This document shows positions 9,092 through 16,274 of a stretch of DNA of 21,132 bases, piece by piece. The notes beneath the pieces were generated by a model. It searched no databases. It saw nothing but the letters and a program-made list of their open reading frames with translations, and was not told the origin of the DNA. The number at the start of each line of letters is the position of its first letter. The stretch's first letter is position 1. Position numbers and translations under genes: made by a program. The stretch comes from Marine Group I thaumarchaeote. GTDB taxonomy: Archaea; Thermoproteota; Nitrososphaeria; Nitrososphaerales; Nitrosopumilaceae. The stretch spans positions 893,667 to 914,798 of the forward strand of contig CP054849.1 of assembly GCA_044358425.1 (NCBI GenBank), given 5' to 3'.

Positions 9092-10678
9092 ATGAACAAG
9101 TTAGATCCAGCACTATCCAAAGCATGTACTGAAATTACAAAAAATCTACTGACAATAAATGAACCAACTAAAAAACAAGTTAAAGAAGAAATTATTAAAA
9201 TTTGTACAAAATACGCATTAGAACGAATTCCAAAAAATTATGAAATATTATCAGTGGTGAACAACTCGGATTTTGATAAATTAAAAAAAGTATTGATAAG
9301 AAAACCAGCAAAAACAGCATCAGGAGTATCAGTAGTAGCATTAATGCCAAAACCATATGCATGTCCTCATGGAAGATGTACATATTGTCCTGGAGGAATT
9401 GAGTTTAATTCTCCAAACAGCTATACAGGAAAAGAACCATCATCATTAAATGCAATTGAAAATGAATTTGATCCGAAATTACAAATTACATCAAAAATTG
9501 AAAAATTAATTGCATTTGGACATGATCCATCAAAAATGGAAATTGTAATTGTAGGAGGAACATTCCTATTCATGCCAAAAGATTATCAAAAAGATTTCAT
9601 AAAATCATGTTATGATGCACAAAATGGAATAGATTCAAAAAACTTGGAAGAAGCTAAATCAAACAATGAACATGCAGAAATAAGAAACGTAGGATTTACA
9701 ATTGAAACTAAACCAGATTATTGTAAAAAAGAACATGTTGATTTAATGTTAAGTTACGGAGTAACAAGAGTAGAGATCGGAGTTCAATCATTACAAGAAA
9801 GAGTTTACAAAATTATCAATAGAGGACACAATTATAATGATGTAACAGAATCTTTTCAAATTTCAAAAGATGCAGGTTACAAAATTGTTGCACACATGAT
9901 GCCAGGATTACCCACAATGACTCCAGAAGGAGATATTGCAGATTTTAAAAAATTATTTTCAGATCCTCAATTACGTCCAGATATGTTGAAAATTTATCCA
10001 TCGCTAGTTATTGAAAATACACCACTCTATGAAGAATACAAAGAAGGAAAATACACACCATATTCTGATGATGATATGATCAAAGTATTAACAGAAGCAA
10101 AAAAGAATGTTCCAAAATGGGTAAGAATTATGAGAGTGCAAAGAGAAATATCGCCAAAAGAAATCATAGCAGGTCCAAAATCAGGTAACCTCAGACAGAT
10201 TGTACATCAAAATCTTGCCAAACAAGGATTATCATGTAAATGTATTAGATGTAGAGAAGCAGGATTAGCAGATAAAAAAACAACAAATGAAGACATAGAA
10301 TTGAAAAGAATAGATTATGACTCTTCAGATGGAAAAGAAATTTTCTTATCATATGAGGACAAGAATGAATCAATCTATGGATTTTTGAGATTAAGAAAAC
10401 CAAGTTTTGAAGCTCATAGAGATGAAATTGATGAAAATACATGCATAGTTAGAGAAATTCACGTGTATGGAAAATCATTGAAATTAGGAGAAAAAGAAAC
10501 TGATGAAATTCAACATTCAGGGTTAGGAAAAAATTTGATGAAAGAAGCTGAAAAAATATCAAAAGAAGAATTTGATGCAAAAAAAATACTAGTGATTAGT
10601 GCTGTAGGTACTAGAGAATATTATCAAAAATTAGGGTATTCGTTATATGGGCCATACATGTCCAAAATATTGAATTAA
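9092..10678 (+). CDS. elp3: Elongator Elp3, tRNA wobble-uridine carboxymethylation enzyme (radical SAM + KAT/GNAT)
   Basis: CPHGRCTYCPGG, SYTGKEP, GGTF, IETKPD, RVEIGVQS, LKIYP, CKCIRCRE, VREIHVYG, QHSGLG, ISAVGTREYY. Confidence 0.96.
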   Translation: MNKLDPALSKACTEITKNLLTINEPTKKQVKEEIIKICTKYALERIPKNYEILSVVNNSDFDKLKKVLIRKPAKTASGVSVVALMPKPYACPHGRCTYCPGGIEFNSPNSYTGKEPSSLNAIENEFDPKLQITSKIEKLIAFGHDPSKMEIVIVGGTFLFMPKDYQKDFIKSCYDAQNGIDSKNLEEAKSNNEHAEIRNVGFTIETKPDYCKKEHVDLMLSYGVTRVEIGVQSLQERVYKIINRGHNYNDVTESFQISKDAGYKIVAHMMPGLPTMTPEGDIADFKKLFSDPQLRPDMLKIYPSLVIENTPLYEEYKEGKYTPYSDDDMIKVLTEAKKNVPKWVRIMRVQREISPKEIIAGPKSGNLRQIVHQNLAKQGLSCKCIRCREAGLADKKTTNEDIELKRIDYDSSDGKEIFLSYEDKNESIYGFLRLRKPSFEAHRDEIDENTCIVREIHVYGKSLKLGEKETDEIQHSGLGKNLMKEAEKISKEEFDAKKILVISAVGTREYYQKLGYSLYGPYMSKILN

Positions 10679-10687
10679 GGAGAAGAT

Positions 10688-12280
10688 ATGTCTGAAGAAA
10701 AAATTATTGGTAAAGGAACATGGATAGACAAACTAGCATCAGAATTACTTGAACGTGAAAAAGAACTTGGGAGAAATTTAGATCTGATAAATGTAGAAAG
10801 CGGATTGGGTGCATCAGGAATTCCACATATTGGAAGTTTAGGAGATGCAGTTAGAGCATATGGAGTAAAGATAGCATTAGAAAATTTAGGATACAAATCA
10901 GAATTAATTGCATATTCAGATGACCTAGACGGATTAAGAAAAATTCCAGAAGGGATGCAAGAATTTGGTTTAGATGAGCATTTAGGAAAACCAGTTTCAT
11001 TAATTCCAGATCCTTATGGATGTCACGATTCTTACGGAATGCACATGAGCAGTATTCTATTGGATGGATTAGACAAAGTTGGGATAGAGTATGAATTTAG
11101 AAGAGCTAAAGAGACATACAATCAAGGACTATTAAAAAATCAAATACATACGATATTAGAAAACAGTACAAAGATTGGAGATAAAATTTCAGAATTAGTT
11201 GGACAAGAAAAATATCAAAAATATTTACCATATTTTCCAGTGTGTAAGGAATGTAATCGACTTTACACAGCAGAAGCTACAGAATACATATCAGATAAAA
11301 AAATTGTCAAATACAATTGTCATGATACAGAAATAGGTTCAAAAATGATCAAAGGGTGTGGTCATCAGGGAGAAGCAGATATTACAAAAGATTTAGGAAA
11401 ATTAGCTTGGAAAGTAGAATTTGCTGCAAGATGGTCAGCATTTGACATTAGATTTGAAGCATATGGAAAAGACATCATGGATTCAGTCAAAGTTAATGAT
11501 TGGGTAGCAAATGATATTTTAGAATTCCCACACCCACATCATGTAAAATATGAGATGTTTTTGGATAAAGGAGGAAAGAAAATTTCAAAATCATTAGGAA
11601 ATGTGATTACTGCACAAAAATGGTTAGAATTTGGAAATTCAAAATCAATTTTACTTCTACTGTACAAAAGAATTACAGGAGCTAGAGAATTAGGATTTGA
11701 CGACATCCCAGGTTTAATGAATGAATACAATGAGCTTGAAGACACATATTTTGGCAGAATCAAAGTAGACAATCAAGCAAAACTAACTAAATTGAAAGGA
11801 CTTTATGAATATGTGAATTTACTTAATCCGCCAAAACAACCCAGCATTCATGTAAATTACAGATTATTAATTGAATTAACAAAAATTTTCAAAGAAAATA
11901 GAAACGAGAGAGTTATGAAAAAACTCATCGATTATGGAGTGATAAAAGAAGAAGGGAGTCAAGAAATAAAAAAACTGATAGAAATAGCAGGGAATTATTC
12001 TGATGAATTTGACGAACAAGAAAAAATAGAAGTGGAACTTGATAATACTGCTAAAAAAGCAATATCATTACTCATTACAGAATTGGAAAAAGAAGAAGAT
12101 CCGGAAGATATTCAAAATACAATATATCAAATTGCTAAAGGAAATGATGTACAACCAAAAGACTTCTTTAGAATACTATATCAAATAATTTTGGGAACTT
12201 CAAGAGGACCAAAGATAGGACCATTTATCACAGATATTGGAAGAAAACAAGTTGCCAAAACACTATCAGAGTATGTTTAA
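10688..12280 (+). CDS. lysS: Lysine--tRNA ligase, class I
   Basis: SGIPHIGS (HIGH-like), DDLDGLRKIP, KLAWKVEFAARW, FEAYGKD, KISKSLGN (KMSKS-like), GPKIGPF; AAGGAG SD-like element at 10677-10682. Confidence 0.97.
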   Translation: MSEEKIIGKGTWIDKLASELLEREKELGRNLDLINVESGLGASGIPHIGSLGDAVRAYGVKIALENLGYKSELIAYSDDLDGLRKIPEGMQEFGLDEHLGKPVSLIPDPYGCHDSYGMHMSSILLDGLDKVGIEYEFRRAKETYNQGLLKNQIHTILENSTKIGDKISELVGQEKYQKYLPYFPVCKECNRLYTAEATEYISDKKIVKYNCHDTEIGSKMIKGCGHQGEADITKDLGKLAWKVEFAARWSAFDIRFEAYGKDIMDSVKVNDWVANDILEFPHPHHVKYEMFLDKGGKKISKSLGNVITAQKWLEFGNSKSILLLLYKRITGARELGFDDIPGLMNEYNELEDTYFGRIKVDNQAKLTKLKGLYEYVNLLNPPKQPSIHVNYRLLIELTKIFKENRNERVMKKLIDYGVIKEEGSQEIKKLIEIAGNYSDEFDEQEKIEVELDNTAKKAISLLITELEKEEDPEDIQNTIYQIAKGNDVQPKDFFRILYQIILGTSRGPKIGPFITDIGRKQVAKTLSEYV

Positions 12281-12282
12281 CA

Positions 12283-12483
12283 ATGGTTCACGGAGAACAT
12301 AATAAAAGTAGAAACAGTGGAGGATTCGCACTAATTATTTTAGGAGCATTAATGTTGATTGTAGGTCCTCAAGAAGCAATAGTTCCAAAAAGTTTGAGCG
12401 TAATTGTATGGATTGGAGGCATAGCTATTGGCAGTATAGGGTTTTATCTAAAATTCGTGAGAAATAGAGTCAAACGGCAATAA
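12283..12483 (+). CDS. Small two-TM membrane protein, unknown function
   Basis: 66 aa, two hydrophobic helices and a basic C-terminus; starts 2 nt after the lysS stop. Confidence 0.75.
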   Translation: MVHGEHNKSRNSGGFALIILGALMLIVGPQEAIVPKSLSVIVWIGGIAIGSIGFYLKFVRNRVKRQ

Positions 12484-12520
12484 AGAAATATTCATCTTTT
12501 GGGACATATGTGATAAGAAA

Positions 12521-13282
12521 ATGAAATTTTTTAGCAAAAAAAAAGAAATTAAAAATGATAATGAAGATGAATCAATTTTAAAAGAAGAGTTAGAAACTGA
12601 AGTTGAAAAGCTTCAAACAGAATTTAGAACAAAACAAGAAGAAATAGTCAAAGTTTCAGAAAAGATTCAAACTGTAAAAGAAGAATACGATACTACAGTA
12701 AGTAATCTAATGTTAGTAAAAAAAGAATTCAATCAGAAAAAAATGGAATTAGATATTGTTCAAAGAGAATATAGAGAAATTAGAGAAAAAATAAAAAATG
12801 CTCAACAAATTAAAGATACAAAATCAATTAATGAGTTCAATAAAACTGAAAAAGAATTCAAAAAAATTAAAGATGAATTAGATCAAATGATAAAAGAACA
12901 AAAACAAATAAAGGATGAAATTACAAAAGGACAATCAATAATACATGGATTAAGAAAGCAACAAGTTGAAGTAGGTAAAGAATTAGATGAAGCAAATTCA
13001 AGATTATACAATGCAAAAGAGGAATTAGATAAAAAAGACCAATTTCAAGATACTAGTATCTTAACATCAAAGGAGAAAAAAGAAATTAAAAATAATTCAC
13101 CTACTGAAAAAGCTAATGCAGGAGTAATTGAAGCAGCTAGTATAGTTGTCGGATCATTAAAATCAAAACTAAACACGGCACAAAAAGAATTAGAACAAAT
13201 TCAAGGGGTTTTAGAAGAAGAAAGAGAAGCACATAAAAAAACAAGACAAGAATTAATGAAAATTAAATCTGAAAAAAATTAA
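12521..13282 (+). CDS. Long coiled-coil protein, unknown function
   Basis: 253 aa, E/K/Q-rich heptad pattern, one Pro, no catalytic motif. Confidence 0.85.
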   Translation: MKFFSKKKEIKNDNEDESILKEELETEVEKLQTEFRTKQEEIVKVSEKIQTVKEEYDTTVSNLMLVKKEFNQKKMELDIVQREYREIREKIKNAQQIKDTKSINEFNKTEKEFKKIKDELDQMIKEQKQIKDEITKGQSIIHGLRKQQVEVGKELDEANSRLYNAKEELDKKDQFQDTSILTSKEKKEIKNNSPTEKANAGVIEAASIVVGSLKSKLNTAQKELEQIQGVLEEEREAHKKTRQELMKIKSEKN

Positions 13283-13287
13283 AGTAA

Positions 13288-13734
13288 TCATAAATCATTA
13301 AAATATTTCTTCCATCTTAATTTTATTTCAGTCTCAGATCTACCCAAATCATAGAGAGGAGAAGTTACTTCAGAAATAGACGAAACAGTTACTAACACAA
13401 CAGAGTTAATTGGACTTTGAATTCCGTTGTTTCTATAATAATCGACAATTTCATCAAACAAAGGGGAATCTCTAATAATTTTTCCAGTTCCAATAAACAA
13501 ATATCCCTTGCGAGATAAGGGATCAATTACATTAATTTCCACAGAAGGATTTTTTCTTAAATTATTCATAGTATCGGGTGAGCGAATATTTGCAAATGCA
13601 AGAAGTTCAGAAGTCCAAGAAATTATAGTTCCCTTTGGAGAAATGTTAGGTTTTCCATCAGACGAAACAGTTGCAACATAGCCTAATTTTTGAGAATTTA
13701 AAAAACTCTTGATTTCTGAAGATATAACAGACAT
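13288..13734 (-). CDS. Pyridoxamine 5'-phosphate oxidase-like (split beta-barrel flavin/deazaflavin-binding) protein
   Basis: YVATVSSDGKPNISPKG, TMNNLRKNPSVEINVID, RKGYLFIGTGKI. Confidence 0.88.
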   Translation of the reverse strand: MSVISSEIKSFLNSQKLGYVATVSSDGKPNISPKGTIISWTSELLAFANIRSPDTMNNLRKNPSVEINVIDPLSRKGYLFIGTGKIIRDSPLFDEIVDYYRNNGIQSPINSVVLVTVSSISEVTSPLYDLGRSETEIKLRWKKYFNDL

Positions 13735-13831
13735 ACTAATTGTAATTTATTGAACATAATTAATTTTAAGAATTATCGAATATAGTATGAATCAGTTATT
13801 TTTCAAATAACACCATTGAGAAAACCATTTG

Positions 13832-13966
13832 CTAATATTTTTTTGGTTTCTTTTTCCTTGTATTTTCTTGTTGTTTCTTTTTGTAATTTCTAATACGCTG
13901 TTTTTGTTCAGCCTCCTTTTGGCCTTTACGTTTTCTTTTATCTATTTTCTTTTTTGAACCAGCCAT
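13832..13966 (-). CDS. Highly basic 44-aa micro-protein (not in ORF track)
   Basis: Manual translation MAGSKKKIDKRKRKGQKEAEQKQRIRNYKKKQQENTRKKKPKKY*; ATG start, fills an otherwise empty gap, TATA-like TTATAAAA about 25 nt upstream. Confidence 0.7.
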   Translation of the reverse strand: MAGSKKKIDKRKRKGQKEAEQKQRIRNYKKKQQENTRKKKPKKY

Positions 13967-13985
13967 AATAGAAATTATCAAATTT

Positions 13986-14156
13986 TTATAATTTATTAGC
14001 TAGCTTTAGATGAAAAATCGTAACCAACCCAATAATTATCAAAATACTTCCAATAGGCAACAAATAATCTAATGATGGAAATGCAAAATATCCAATCAAC
14101 ACAGAAATTCCAATTAAAAGAAACCCGGCTATTCCATTTACAGCAAGTTTGCTCAT
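13986..14156 (-). CDS. 56-aa two-TM membrane micro-protein (not in ORF track)
   Basis: Manual translation MSKLAVNGIAGFLLIGISVLIGYFAFPSLDYLLPIGSILIIIGLVTIFHLKLANKL*; helical hairpin with basic termini. Confidence 0.7.
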   Translation of the reverse strand: MSKLAVNGIAGFLLIGISVLIGYFAFPSLDYLLPIGSILIIIGLVTIFHLKLANKL

Positions 14157-14177
14157 AAACTCATCACTTTTACGATG

Positions 14178-14276
14178 TTATCGCATGAATTCAGCCATTT
14201 CTATTGAGAAAAAGAAGAACCCAATTCCTCCCCCAATCATTGCAATCCATGCAATAACTTGTTGCTTTTTATTCAT
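14178..14276 (-). CDS. 32-aa single-TM micro-protein (not in ORF track)
   Basis: Manual translation MNKKQQVIAWIAMIGGGIGFFFFSIEMAEFMR*; basic N-terminus then one hydrophobic helix; co-oriented with neighbours, 21 nt from the next ORF. Confidence 0.55.
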   Translation of the reverse strand: MNKKQQVIAWIAMIGGGIGFFFFSIEMAEFMR

Positions 14277-14325
14277 AAAATAAAAAAAACATACTCATTA
14301 TTGAATCTAATTGAAAACTTAAGAC

Positions 14326-14400
14326 AAGTAACCTTTTTCTAAATCGATAATTCATAAAAACAATAAAGTTATTGTTGATCAGCAATTAGTCGGGTTACTT
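14326..14400. repeat. Nested imperfect inverted repeat
   Basis: AAGTAACC(14326-33)/GGTTACTT(14393-400); CGATAATT(14345-52)/AATTAgTCG(14384-92); AACAATAA(14359-66)-AG-TTATTGTT(14369-76). Confidence 0.55.
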
Positions 14401-14638
14401 TTTCCATCTTCTCTCCCCACCACCAAAATCTTCCTGATTCAATTCGTTCACCATCTTTGTAAACTTTAGAAGTGATAATGGATTTGATGATTTCAATATT
14501 TTCAGGGTTCAATTCAATTTCTTTATGTTGTGATAAAATGTGTTCTTTTAGTTTCGACCATACTTCTTCCACACTCTCGTCATTAAATGACCATGTACAA
14601 TCTCTCTCAGATTCTTTACAAGTAATTGGTCTTGCCAT
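14369..14638 (-). CDS. DUF1059-like small metal-binding protein with C-terminal extension
   Basis: C-x6-C (CKESERDC) and H-x4-H (HILSQH) with 'EEV' between them and 'IKSII' after; extra tail containing RFWWWG. Confidence 0.75.
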   Translation of the reverse strand: MARPITCKESERDCTWSFNDESVEEVWSKLKEHILSQHKEIELNPENIEIIKSIITSKVYKDGERIESGRFWWWGEKMEKVTRLIADQQ

Positions 14639-14813
14639 TATCCCTTGATTAACTACTAAATTTTACACTAAAAAAAGTCATTGCGTCATTTTGGCGTATA
14701 TTTTAAGAAAATATCTCTTTATCGAACCCAGGAGAATTATCTGAAATAATTAACTCACAACTATTTGTCAAATTAAAGACAATTATAATTACAATTACAA
14801 TAAAGAAGTAGAG

Positions 14814-14972
14814 TTGGCAAGTATCAAAGACATAGGCAAATTATTCGTTTTTGTAGTAGTAGGATTAGGAACAATAATTGTTGGTTCTTTTATGATTAGA
14901 GGCACTATGCATATGTGGGATAATGTAGATGATGAAGGAAAAGATTCAGGGAATAAAAATACTAAAAAGTGA
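14814..14972 (+). CDS. 52-aa single-TM micro-protein (not in ORF track)
   Basis: Manual translation from TTG: MASIKDIGKLFVFVVVGLGTIIVGSFMIRGTMHMWDNVDDEGKDSGNKNTKK*; its TGA overlaps the GTG of the next ORF. Explains the antisense shadow ORF 14795-15001. Confidence 0.65.
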   Translation: MASIKDIGKLFVFVVVGLGTIIVGSFMIRGTMHMWDNVDDEGKDSGNKNTKK

Positions 14973-15292
14973 AAGATAGAAAGCACAAGATAGTGCTTCA
15001 AAACTCAACTATTAGAAAATCATTGGATGAGTATATCAAAAGACGAATAAAAGAAATACCAACTGAAATTGAACAAACTTTTCCAAACATTAAAAAAATT
15101 TGGAAATGTAATGATGAGTTAGATTTTCTATATGGGTATTATGTTGGAAAAATTGAAGAGGGAAGTTTACACTATTTACTCAAAGCAACACGTGCATCAG
15201 CAGGAGGATATGTAGATACTTTTGAAATAAGAGGGATTATTGAAGAAAATAAAATACAACTTCAAGAAACTATTAAAAATTCACTAAATTAG
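14969..15292 (+). CDS. Hypothetical protein (DFLYGYYVG motif)
   Basis: 107-aa ORF with globular composition; start uncertain (GTG 14969 or a GTG eight codons later). Confidence 0.8.
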   Translation: MKDRKHKIVLQNSTIRKSLDEYIKRRIKEIPTEIEQTFPNIKKIWKCNDELDFLYGYYVGKIEEGSLHYLLKATRASAGGYVDTFEIRGIIEENKIQLQETIKNSLN

Positions 15293-15327
15293 TGAACTAA
15301 AAATACTAGAGAAATCATAGAAAAAAT

Positions 15328-15501
15328 ATGGTAGGACCACAAGATGGAGGATTTGGTTTTGATCAATCGAAAAAATATACCGAAGTTGAAAATATTGAGG
15401 AAGTTTGTGTTCAATGCCAAGCTGGTCAACATAAAAAATGTCTAAAAAAATCAAAAGAACAAGATGTTTGTGAATGCGAACATTGTATGATTTACGGTTA
15501 G
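15328..15501 (+). CDS. 57-aa Cys/His-rich putative zinc-binding micro-protein (not in ORF track)
   Basis: Manual translation MVGPQDGGFGFDQSKKYTEVENIEEVCVQCQAGQHKKCLKKSKEQDVCECEHCMIYG*; CxxC-x4-HxxC-x9-CxCxHC. Confidence 0.8.
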   Translation: MVGPQDGGFGFDQSKKYTEVENIEEVCVQCQAGQHKKCLKKSKEQDVCECEHCMIYG

Positions 15502-15510
15502 ATTAACAAA

Positions 15511-15882
15511 TTATTCGACTAAATGAGGAACAAAATTTTCATCTATCCACACACCAACTACATCTGCATCTAGATTCCAAGAAGAAATTATTTCTACACT
15601 TTTTTTAATATGAGTAAAATGTTCCTCATCAGAAACAGGATTACCTGCGCATCCAAAATGACCGGAAACCACAATATGGTTGGATTTATGATTAGTTACA
15701 GAAATCAGGACACTTTTTTTAAGTGATTCAACATTACCGTCAAACATTACTTTGTCAATGCCAGGAGCAGTGATAGTGTCTACAAAATCTACAGCATATT
15801 TTGCCTTAATCCAATCATTCATAGGAATTTGAACTCTCCCATCCATACAAGATAATGATGTTGCAAAAGATTTGTCAGCCAA
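15511..15882 (-). CDS. Minimal beta-class carbonic anhydrase-like protein
   Basis: CxDxR (SCMDGRV) and HxxC (GHFGCAG) zinc-ligand motifs of beta-CAs. TTG start at 15882 or 15891. Confidence 0.75.
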   Translation of the reverse strand: MADKSFATSLSCMDGRVQIPMNDWIKAKYAVDFVDTITAPGIDKVMFDGNVESLKKSVLISVTNHKSNHIVVSGHFGCAGNPVSDEEHFTHIKKSVEIISSWNLDADVVGVWIDENFVPHLVE

Positions 15883-15949
15883 GATATTCAATATTACTCA
15901 AAATTATTCCAAATATTAAATTTTAGGAACAATGAGAAATAGTAAAAAA

Positions 15950-16207
15950 TTAATTTTCTACATCATATCTTAGCAAGATTTCATCAGCCTTGCTCAATAA
16001 TCCCAAGATACTGGTATTTACAGCAATTTCATTTTGGTAAATTCCAATATAGGAAGTAAGCATATCTTTAGATGTTGGAAAGGACTCATGTTTTGGAAGT
16101 TCTTTTTCAAAATCATCAATAGAGTTTTGAAGAGACAAATTTCTTTTTTCCAATTTATTTGACGCTTCTCTAATTAATTTTTCAACAATTGGATCTAATT
16201 TTGTCAC
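15950..16207 (-). CDS. Hypothetical helical protein
   Basis: 85-aa ORF, GTG start, fills the gap between the CA-like gene and tag; no motif recognised. Confidence 0.65.
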   Translation of the reverse strand: MTKLDPIVEKLIREASNKLEKRNLSLQNSIDDFEKELPKHESFPTSKDMLTSYIGIYQNEIAVNTSILGLLSKADEILLRYDVEN

Positions 16208-16274
16208 TGATCCCTAATGATTTTCTTAAATTTATCTATGATCTTTTTAAAAATTAATGTATCATACCCGATAA

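Noticed and set aside
27-11772. Many antisense or alternate-frame ORFs in the track (e.g. 27-446, 692-1009, 2716-3267, 3463-3774, 3967-4290, 5555-5776, 8246-8623, 8648-9082, 11539-11772)
   Set aside because: They overlap well-supported genes and have shadow-ORF composition with no motifs.
12521-13282. Coiled-coil protein as SMC/Rad50 or a defence ATPase
   Set aside because: No Walker motifs, hinge or zinc hook; too short.
13795-13811. GTTATTT-TTC-AAATAAC dyad downstream of the basic micro-protein
   Set aside because: Weak AT-rich stem with no convincing second copy; cannot be distinguished from chance.
5448-14297. 13-mer AAAAACATACTCA shared by two intergenic regions (5448-5460 and 14285-14297)
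   Set aside because: A-rich, non-palindromic, different distances from start codons; plausible by chance in AT-rich DNA.
14795-15001. 68-aa minus-strand ORF in the track
   Set aside because: Antisense shadow of the 52-aa TM ORF and overlaps the 107-aa gene.
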